From Sminthopsis crassicaudata (lineage: Eukaryota): a DNA stretch of 64,000 nucleotides. The stretch lies in NCBI RefSeq assembly GCF_048593235.1, contig NC_133621.1:302321146-302385145 (forward strand). The letters are read 5' to 3'. The notes under the pieces are model-generated. The model was not told the origin of the DNA and searched no databases. It was given only the letters and a program-made list of their open reading frames with translations. Positions within the stretch are counted from its first letter, which is position 1; each line of letters opens with the position of its first letter. Below are positions 54,901 through 64,000 of this stretch, in pieces. A program made the translations under genes and the position numbers.

Positions 54901-57900
54901 TAGGGTCAGCTAGGAAGTGTCCGAGGCTGGATTCGAACTCAGATCCCCCGACTCTAACCACTGCACCAGCCGTGACCCCAATCCTCAATAATTTTTAAGC
55001 ATGAGGCCCTGAGCCTGAGGAGGCTGAGAATCTCTGGACTGGGCCAGCGCTCAAGGGGCCTTGCTGCCCCAGGGCCGGAGCCCTCCACCGGGCTGACTTC
55101 TTCTCCTTCCCTCCCCAGACCGAAGATGGTGCTGATTTTGTGTTGCCCAAGAGAAAGGTAGGTGTGGGGCAGAGCCAGGTGCCACCCCCTGAGGCTGCCG
55201 GGGAAGAGGAGCCAGCGGGGCACAGTGGGCCTGGGTCCCCTTCCTCATTTGTGAAATGGGCGCTTAGGGGATGGTGGGGAGGACTCAGTGAGGAAGCGCC
55301 CAAGGCACGTGGCGAGCTTAAAGCTCTGAAACGGGAGCTGGGAGGATGAGGGAGCTGCCAGAAGGGTCCCAGCCCGGGGCCGCCCAGAAAGGGCCAGGGG
55401 ACTCTGCCCTCGCTGGGGAGCCTGGAGGAAACCAGCTTCTCTGTGCCTCAGTTCCCTCATCTGCAAAGCGAGGGCATTGGACCCGAGGACCGCCCAGAGC
55501 CCACCTGCTCCACATTTTGGGTCTGAGGCAGGAGGACCGGCCCAGAGTTCCGGTCAGGCCTGGGGAGGCGCCCGCAGACTGCAGGGGGTGGGCTTGGCTG
55601 CTCTAGTCAGGGGCCCCAGGGAGGCCCTCCCTGCCCTGAGCCTCAATGGGTCTGTCTGTAAAATGGGAGCGATAACACAGACCCCAGCTGCCTCCCTCCC
55701 CCTCAGCCCGTGCGGTGAGAAGAGTGCTCCCAGAAATGGCTCAGGGGATTTTGATGAGTTTTGTTATCCTGGGGGTCTAGAAGGAGGGGCTGCCCTCTGT
55801 CCCCCCAGACCCGGCAAGGGTAGCAGTAGCAGCCCACACAGCCCTGGCTCACAGTGGGGGAGAGGGTTTACTGGTGGAGAAAGGGCCATTATTAGCCACT
55901 CACTGTGAGCTTGGCCCTGGAAGTGCAAACCGCCATTTCTCCGGAGGAGGAAAGCTTAAGGCTCAGAGGGGGGAAGAAGGGACGGGCCCCAGGCGGCAGT
56001 GGGGTTCTGGCCCAGCTCCCTGGCTCCCAGCAGCGCAGCCTTTCCCACTGCTCCCCAAGGCCCCCCTCGTGAGGGGGCGCTGACCCCAGAGGGGACCTGG
56101 AAGCCTTGGGGAGCCGCGTGGCTCCGGGGCCCTGGACAGAGCCGAGGACTCACAGGCTTTCCAGGGCTGGGCCCTTCCCAAGCTGCTCTCGGGCCCGGCG
56201 CGGAAGGGGGGTCACGGCCCCTCCCCGAGTGCTGAAGCCACCCAGAAGGGAATGGCGTTTAAGGTCCCTGGCCAAAGAGAGGGCCCGTTTGCGGTCTGAG
56301 GTCCCTCCCTGGGCAGGCCACTGGGGAAGGAGGAGGCCACGGCCCCCCATGGGGTGTCGGGGGCAGATTCGGGTTCCGGGGGGGCTGGGAGGTGGGCTGC
56401 GGGGTCTCAGCTAGCTTGTTCTCTCTTGCAGAATTTCCAAGTCCCTATATGTGATGCAGGCTTTTTATTCTGGCAGGTGAGTTAGCCACCCTGCCCCAGG
56501 AGCCCAGGGGCTCCTCTCCCTGGCCAGGGCAGCCCCACGGGCGGCGGGGGGGTGGTCTGGGAAAGTCTGGGACCCCAGCCCGGCTCACAGCTGTCCTAAT
56601 CAGCCGCCCGAGCAAGGGGACAGGGAGGACCTCCTGATAAATGACCTCATCTCCCAGAGATGGAAAGCAGGGCTCAGGAGACAGAAACGGGGCTCAGGGG
56701 ATGGAAACTGGGGCTCAGGGAGACTTAGCCAAGCTCACGGGGGCAGAGCATGTCAGATCTGAAATAAATCAAAGCCGTGAGGGGAGGAAAAATAGTGTCT
56801 TGGATGGAGATGAGGGCAGCCAGCGGGGGGATGTCCGGGGGACTTCCAACCAAAGAGAAAAGGGTCGAGTTTTAGGGCCGGAGAGGAAGGAGGCCGCAGC
56901 GGGGAGCCAGGCTGGTCAGCGGCCTTGGCCATCCCGCAAGGACCTCCTCCTGGCCCGTGTGGCCCCGCTGCATGGATCCCAGCGGAGGGGGCGAGGACCA
57001 CGAAGGCCGAGACTCAGCTGGGTCCCCTCCACAAGGCGAGGTCTCAGTGAGGGGGGGCCGAGGGGGTGGGTCAGCCCAACCGGAGCAAGAATAAGTAGAA
57101 ATGTGGGGGGGTTTGTGACATTCTGACATTACAAGGATCGCTCGAGGGAATGGCTGTCGGATTACCTTAGTATACACAATCTCTCTCAGAACAGAAGTCT
57201 TCTGCCTCCAAATTCAGCGTTCCTTCTACTAGTTAATTTAACAACCAGCTCTCCCAAAAAACCCTCCACAAAATCCCCCAAATTTCTATACCCATGACAC
57301 ATTTAGTAACATTTTCTACATTACTTTAAATCCAGAGATGGACAAAACAATAAATCAGGCCCTGATTTCTAGCATTATCCCACTTCCAAAGTGTTGATGC
57401 TCACATAGAAAATTTAACAATCAGCTCCCTAGAGGGTCTGGAGCACTAGAATACACTGCTAAGACAGCTAATAAGCCAAATGGTCCTGAATCATCGGGGC
57501 CAGGGGGTCTCTATCGCTGCAGATAACTGACTCTAGGTGAAGTGGTCCCAAGGGCCACTATTTGTGATCTTGCTTTTTCGGTACAAGAGACCCTGGAGGA
57601 CACTGGGATAAATAACTCACCATGGGACCAGAGTTTTACCCAGACACAGTGACCTTAGCTGGGGCTGGGCAGAACATGTGGGCAGGGACCAGGCCCCAGG
57701 CAGCTGGCAAGCGGGGGAGGGACAGCAATCCCAGCCTGAGCTATTTATAGCAGGAGAATGGGCCACAGAAAATGCCCTTGAATTTCAACTCGGTTAGGAG
57801 CCGGGACCAGGGCCAAGCCCATCTTCCCCAGGTAAGAGATTCAGGACTTCCAGGGGAGTCAGCTGTTTGTGAATTCCCTTAGGAGGGGCCATTCACACAC

Positions 57901-58705
57901 CTATTGGCTAGCACTTCCCAGTTTCTTTACCTGCGGAGAGACCTAAGGGATCCGGAGCATAGCCTGCCTGATAATAAAAGCATCATGTAGCCTTGTCACC
58001 TAAAGGTGGAAGCTTCCTTGTCTTTCCTGGTAGCACATAGGGCACATAGCAGGCACTGGATCTCACTGGAGCTGGGCAGCCTGTGGGAGCCCAATAGTTT
58101 CCTGGGCGCCACTGGCTGAACAGCCTTGGAAAAAAGTTTCCCTTTACGAAAATGAAATGTGTTCACCTTCTTTTTTCCTCTGTTTCCCCCCGCTCTATCA
58201 TGGCTTTTCCCTTTTGTTCTTTTTTTCTCTTCCAACATGATTCGTAAAGAAATATTATATTAGTATATTATATATAATATTAAAAAGTTAATACACATGT
58301 AAAAATATAACAAAACATGTAAAAATGGAGGTTGAAAACTATATTACACATATTTAAAAAGTTAATATGCATGTAAAAATATAATAAACATATATATGAA
58401 AAATGAAGGTTGAAAACTATGTGCATAATATATGTGTAAAATATAATAAAACATGTAAAAATGAATGTTGAAAATTATATATGATATTTTAAAATTAATA
58501 TATATAAATGTAATAGACCATGTATATGAAAATGAATGTTGAAAATTATATGATATTTAAAATTTATATATATGTATATATATAATAGACCGTGTATGTA
58601 AAATGAATGTTGAAAATTATATGATATTTAAAAAATTAATATATATAAATGTAATAGAACATGTATGTGAAAATGAATGTTGAAAATTATATGTGATATT
58701 TTAAA

Positions 58706-58755
<50 letters not shown>

Positions 58756-61700
58756 ATATAATCAAACATATGTGAAAAAATGAATATTGAAAGCTATCTT
58801 TACATGTATTTGGAAAAATAAAATAATATTGAGGGGAAAAAACAAACCAAGAAAGAAAAGGGTTTTTCCTCTTTGTGACCCCGCAGGTGGGTCAGTTTCC
58901 CTTTCCCAGAATTCTGTCTTCCTCAGCAACCATCTCTGGGTCTGATGCTGGGTTTGGGGGCCTCTTGACAAAGGGGGGGTGGGGATCACCGACTGGTGAG
59001 ACCCCCACAGGAGGAACGACCTGCTTCTCTCTCTGCAGGCATGGTCTATTACTTCTTCCATGCAAGACCCGAGAACATCTCTGAGGATAACTTTGGGATT
59101 CTGGCAATCTCAAAGGTAAGGGCAGCGCCGCTGGGGCAGCTGGGCAAGACTGGCATCAGTCTGATGGGCAGGGATCGTTACTGCTGAAAGAGCATTAGCT
59201 GCTACTCTCTCCAAAGCGCCCCATTATACAGAGGAGAAAACTGAGGGGCCGCTTGTAAGGTCTCTGGGTCCCTGAGGCTCATTTTATGGGTGAGAGGGTG
59301 AGCGAGGGGGTGCACTGGCGGGCCGGCCTCCCTGTGGGGCAGGGGTCCTCCCACCATCGCTTCTTTCTTAGCTTCCCTCCTCTTCCTCTTCAGTGTGTAG
59401 GGGAGACCTTGAGGCCTGTGTGGGGCCCGGCAGATAAATGCTATCCAGTGACCCAGGTAAGAGAGCATCCCCCACCTCACAAGGCCCTCCCCAAACCCCA
59501 GGGGCCCTATCTTGCCTGCCCTGAGCCTTGGGGAGGGGAGGGGTGAGGGATATGGGGACTGAGCAGGGAGCATCAAGGTCACCTTGACAGCATCATGTCC
59601 CAGGTGCGGGCACCTCTAATTGTGAGGGGTTGGGGAGGGATTGGGCAGGAGGCAATCAGGCGGCCCAACTTCTGCCCTTTTCTCGGTGTCCCCACAGAAC
59701 CACAGAACCGAGAACCGGAAATGGAGAGCAAGGCCGGTGAGCTGGTCCGGCTGGGCGGGGGGCCCACCGCTGGTAGGATCCAGAGACTGTTTGGCTAGAC
59801 TCTCCCCATTTTACAGATGGGGAAACTGAGGCTCGGGGAAACATTAAACGACCCCCCAAAGTCACGCAGCTCTTTATATCACAGACCCGAGTCTTTAGAT
59901 CTGCAGATCTAGCTTAAAATCCAACCATGAATTAAACACCCTCTGTATTTGAGGTTCCTTAGCAGCTGCCAAGGGTTACTGAGATATGGCCGTCCTCCCC
60001 TTCCTCCTCCTCCCTGGGGCCCCGTATTCTGTTCCTCTTTCCATCTGGGAGGACCACCCCTGTGGCTCAGGAGGCTCGCCAAGCCCCCAGCCCCTCCGAG
60101 ACTTGGTGGCGGCCTTCCCACAGCTCCCTGGAGCTAGAGGGAGGAGCACGAGCCCGAGGGGAGCTCAGAGAGGGAGGACAGGCGGGCAGGCCGGCGGGCA
60201 GCTGGTGGGTCTGGAGTCACAGGGGCAGCTCCGATCGGCCGGCCCCTCTCTGAAGACGGGGCTTAGCTTGGGCCGGAACCAAGCCTTTGGCTGCTCAGGG
60301 AGGGAGAAGGGAGGGAGGCTGGAGCTTGAGAGACTTAGGCAGGGTAGCCCTCCTCCCTTTCCTCTTTGTTTCTTTTTCTCCCCTTCCTCTTCCTCCTCCT
60401 CCTCCTTTTCCCCTTCCTTCCTCTTCATCTTCCTCCTTCCCTTCATTAACTTCCTCTGAGAATTTTCCCCTTCTCTTTCTCCTTTTCCTCCCCTCCCTCT
60501 TCCCTCCTTTTCATCTTCTTCCCCTTCTTCTTTCTCCCCCCCTTCATTTTCCTCTCCCCCATCACCTTCCCCCTCCTCCCCCCCCCTCCCTGCTCCCCCT
60601 CCTCCCTGCTCCCCCTCCTCCCTGCTCCCCCTCCTCCCCCCCCTCCTCCCTGCTCCCCCTCCTCCTTCCCCTCGGACCTGGCCCTCAAGGACTTCTGACC
60701 ATTCCCCAGAAGCCTTCCCAGAGGACTGCCAAGATCCCAAACCCGGCAGTCGCCACCTTGGAGGCCTCTAAGGACCCAGTGGACTTCGTGGGCAAGGAGA
60801 AGCTGGGCGCGGCCTCCAAGGTGAGGAAGACCCCCCTGGGCTGGCTCGGCCGGGCCCTCCCGTTAGCGAGCAGCAGTGAAGGGTTTCAGGTGTTTCCTTA
60901 ACGGAAGCGCCCCCCTGAGATTTCGGAGGAAGGCGCTCGCATTCCAGTTGCATGGGCTCTGCCAGTCCTTCTCCAGCAGGTTTTACAGCTGGGGAAACCA
61001 AGGCAGACAAGGACTTGTGGGTCACACAGCTGCTGAGCAAGAAGACCTGCGTTCAGATCCGTACAAGGGCTTGGGTTACGCCGGGTGACTCCTAGGCTCC
61101 CCCCGGTGTTCTGTCACTGACTCTCTGTGGGGGTGCCTGCCTCAGTTTCCTCATCTGTGAAATGGGTGATTTTGTCCACAGGAGAACATGCATTTCTGGG
61201 TCTTCAAGTTCTCCTTAAACTCTGCTTCTCCAGGAAGGGCCTGGGGCCTCTTGGGGCCTCTCTGATTGAGGGGGGCTGGACCCCTCCTTCATGGAGCAGA
61301 TGCTCCCCCCCTCCTCCCAGCCCCACCCCCCTCGGGGCCCAGGAACAGCAGGGAAGGAGCCGGGGGCTCAGCCATGATGGCGGCTCCCCCCCCCCCCCAG
61401 CTTTGAGGCTCCATTTCCATCCCGCCCCACCCCCGACCTCTCACGGAGCCTGGCACACAGCCAGTGCTCAGCAAATGCTTGTGAATGAGTGAAAGACTGG
61501 ACACTGATGAGGGGAGGCCCCTTGCCCACCCAGGCCCCATTTCCCTGCCTCGGAGCTCTGCGCACCTCACACCTGGTGAGGAAACCGAGGTCCAGGAAAC
61601 CTCTGCTTTAAGATGGTGGAGATCTGGGGGGTGACTGGCTGAGCTGGGGCCGGCCCCAGGCTTCGCCTTCCCGACCCCTCGTCTCTTGATCCCACAGGAA

Positions 61701-62239
61701 AGTCAGCGCGAGCAGAAGGCGGCCAAGGTCTATGGCATGGGTAAGGCCGGCGGCAGCTGCCCCCCCCCGGAGCCCACCACCCCATGCTGGGCACAGGTCC
61801 CTGGGTCTCGCCCTGAGCTGCTCCCGTGGGGTGGGCGGGCAGCCAGGCCTGGACAGCATGGAGCCCGGGCCCGCACCAGCCAAGCCGGGCCTCTGGGTCT
61901 CAAGGCTCTGGAAAAGGCCGGTGTCCACTGAGGGGCGGGCAGAGCCAGTTCTCCTGGCTGCAGAGGGGGTAAGGGCCCGTGGGAGCTGGCCGCGGCAGGG
62001 ACCCCACTGCACCTTCAGTCAGGTGCGCCATAGGCCCACCCCGGAGCCCCCTCCCCGGGCCCTCAGAAAGCAGGGTGGGCCCAGGACGGGGTCCCCGCTG
62101 ACAAGCCCCCACCCTTCTCTGTGTGTCCCTTTCAGAGCCCCCTACGGACAGAGGGCAGGGCTGGGTCAGCCAGCTTCTCCAAGGCCTCTGGGTAGACTGG
62201 TTCTCAGCTCCCAACCTCCCCAAGACCCAGAACCACTAA
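51979..62239 (+). CDS. Candidate unannotated multi-exon gene, possibly a secreted protein of about 240-280 aa. Candidate exons: 51960-52062 (or to 52216), 52401-52450, 53031-53064, 55119-55157, 56432-56476, [57754-57831], 59011-59115, 59394-59456, 59698-59736, 60710-60820, 61698-61740, 62136-62239 (TAA)
   Basis: Signals seen: a 140-nt pyrimidine tract plus acceptor at 51959; Kozak gccATGG at 51979 with a hydrophobic N-terminus; a series of strong Py-AG / GTRAG exon pairs that join into one open frame; stop TAA 62237-62239 followed by AATAAA 62255-62260. No homology recognised. The first two donors and the 59010 acceptor are weak. Confidence 0.45.
54081..54237. other. Assembly gap (157 N)
   Basis: N run. 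Confidence 1.
56659..56723. repeat. Degenerate ~21-bp tandem repeat x3 (gatggaaa..ggggctcagg)
   Basis: Direct inspection. Confidence 0.7.
57102..57405 (+). mobile_element. Probable solo LTR (304 bp)
   Basis: Starts TGTG and ends CACA, is flanked by a perfect 6-bp direct repeat TAGAAA (57096-57101 / 57406-57411), and has AATAAA at 57349-57354, about 50 nt from the 3' end. Confidence 0.6.
58290..58830. repeat. AT-rich minisatellite: 7 copies of an AAAATGAATGTTGAAAA-core unit (about 60-105 bp) with embedded (TA)n
   Basis: Core starts at about 58321, 58399, 58457, 58529, 58600, 58670 and 58775. (TA)n at about 58709-58751. Confidence 0.9.
60340..60670. repeat. Polypyrimidine/polypurine tract ending in a 16-bp unit (ctccctgctccccctc) x4
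   Basis: About 330 nt of almost pure C/T on the + strand. Confidence 0.9.
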
Positions 62240-63129
62240 AGGAAGGAAGGTCCTAATAAAGCCTGATTGAAAATGCCGTCGTTGGGTGCATCTGTACCGC
62301 CCGAGTTCTGTCACTGGGCTGTAGCTCCCCGGAGAAGCGCCGCCTGGGGCAGGGAGGAGGCACAGGGTGAGGAGGATGGGGAGACATCCCGGGCCAGAGT
62401 TGTTCAGATCGCCTCGGTGCCCCCCCCACCGCTCCAGGACAGACAGCAGCCCAGGGCCCACCCCGGCCATGGGCTGTGAGGCCTTCAGAGGAGCGCAGCG
62501 GCCCGCCAAGTGCAGGGGCAGTGTCCAGGCTCCCTCCTCCTGACTGCCCTCTCCACTGCGCCCCCATTTCTTTTTTCAGTGTCCTTTTTCTACTGTACCA
62601 ACTTGTTCCTGGTTAATTGTGAGGTCCACTAGGGACCTCAGCCCTTGTCTTTCCCCTCGTTAATTGCTAAAACCCCTTTTCTTTGCTCAAATCCCCACAT
62701 AGACTTGGCTCACTATTAACAGTGTAACAAAATCTTTGCCTCTTCATTTGGAGATGGCCCAAACCCACAAATTCTTTTGAGACACCCTTGGGGGACCGGA
62801 CCGGAACCTCTTCTCCCCGATACTTGGTAGCAAGCCCCACCAGTCCTTCCTGTGACGGAGTGCTGCTCCAGGTGTGCTCTTACCAACACCGAAGACTGGA
62901 CAAGAGTCCCCTGCCTTCTCTTCCTCTGGGGGGGTCCCCAAAGTCTGTAGGAGTCTTCAGCCTCTGAGACCGGGCTCCTAGTCCTGCTCCCCTCCGCGGC
63001 CCAGTCTGTCCCCTGACTGCCTCTGCCCCAGGCTTCACACAGGGAGCTGATGTTTTTAATTAATGGGAGGAGACTCTCATATACGTGTCACTATTGAATT
63101 ACATTAGGTCCATCGTCCTGGCTCTATAG

Positions 63130-63430
63130 ACAGACCCCATTTGGGGTTTGGGGGTTTTTGGCAGAGATGCTGATTTTACATTTTACAGATAAGGAAACTG
63201 AGGCAAATAGTGAAGTGACTTGCCCATTCCAGCTCTACAGTCAGACCCCATTTGGGGTTTTCTTGATAGAGATCCTGGAGTGATTCGCCACTTCCTGCTC
63301 CGGCTCATTTTACAGATAAAGAAACCGAGGCAAACCAGGGGGAGTGATTTGCTAGGAAGAATCCACGGCCAGATTTGAACTTGGGAAAACAAGTCTGAAT
63401 TCCAGGCCTCAATCCTGTACCACAATCATG
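63130..63430 (+). mobile_element. MAR1-like (RTE-related/CORE) SINE copies
   Basis: accccatttggggttttcttgatagagatcctggagtgattcgccacttcctgctccggctcattttacagataaagaaaccgaggc. A similar copy lies at 18920-19045. Confidence 0.7.
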
Positions 63431-63519
63431 ACCTGGGTTCAAATTCCCCTTCTGATTGGATCTTGGGCAAATCACGTAAAACCACCTTTGACCTCTGTGT
63501 CCTCATTTGTAAATTGAGG

Positions 63520-63900
63520 AAATTGGATTAGACCCAACTGACTCTTGGATATATCTTAAACTGGCTATGTTGAAAGTAGGTCTCGTTATCTTTCCCTCTT
63601 TCTAACTTCCCCATTACTGTAAAGCCCTCGCCACGGTCCCAGTTCCCCAAGTTCACAATCTCAGGGTCACCCTTGATTTTTCACTCGCAGTCACGCCACA
63701 CGTCCACTCCGTGGTCAAATCTGTGTCTCCCTACACTCTAGTTATGTCCCCACACCAAGGCCGCTGGCCTAGTGAAGAGCCCTCGTCACTTCTCTCTCGG
63801 ACTGTAGCAAAGGTCTTTAAAGTCCAGTTTCTTCCCCAGTCCCGTCCGTCTGGTGATTTTGTGGGGTGCGGACCCATCCATCGTCAGCCTCCTACCCAGT
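63520..63900 (+). mobile_element. L2 internal fragment
   Basis: cccagttccccaagttcacaatctcagggtcacccttgatttttcactc resembles the L2 ORF2 3' consensus as recalled. Confidence 0.5.
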
Positions 63901-64000
63901 AACCCCCCGCTACTCCCCCCGTGTTGGCAAATGTTGTTGGGCGATATCCAGGGCTTGCTGACGGCCGTCGGAGGCCCGTAAGTGGGGGTTCTGTGGGGAA

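Noticed and set aside
60165-60901. Glu/Gly-rich and Pro/Ser/Leu-rich ORFs
   Set aside because: They are translations of a polypyrimidine tract. Only 60710-60820 is kept as a candidate exon.
49900-64000. No CYP2D exons seen after NDUFA6
   Set aside because: In human CYP2D6 lies roughly 35 kb beyond NDUFA6, so it would fall outside this window. The absence is uninformative.
1-64000. CRISPR arrays, rRNA, tRNA genes or prokaryotic systems
   Set aside because: None seen. The tandem repeats lack unique spacers, tRNA-like segments are SINE heads, and the DNA is clearly intron-containing mammalian sequence.

Overview
Mammalian genomic DNA, very probably a marsupial. This is inferred from the repeats: marsupial-type L1, WSINE1/MAR1-like SINEs and an OC1-like hAT MITE, the last hinting at a dasyurid or didelphid. 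The window is a gapped scaffold with 3 N runs. It is syntenic with human 22q13.2 and holds: the 3' part of SEPTIN3 (+), WBP2NL/PAWP (+), complete NAGA (-), PHETA2/FAM109B (+), SMDT1/EMRE (+) and NDUFA6 (-). All exons were hand-spliced on GT-AG sites with consistent phases. Main observations: (1) PHETA2 has an in-frame TAG at codon 53 in an otherwise intact 245-codon frame. (2) A chain of about 10 canonical, mostly phase-0 exons at 51.9-62.3 kb splices into an open frame of about 240-280 aa. It has a signal-peptide-like start and a terminal AATAAA, and matches no protein I recognise. It lies where human has the NDUFA6-DT lncRNA. (3) Two abutting perfect palindromes (40-bp and 51-bp arms) sit in WBP2NL intron 1. 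(4) WBP2NL carries a 10-copy PPxY array and has two candidate extra 3' exons. Most of the six-frame ORFs supplied are GC-rich noise. No homology search could be run, so all family and novelty calls rest on recall and need checking.
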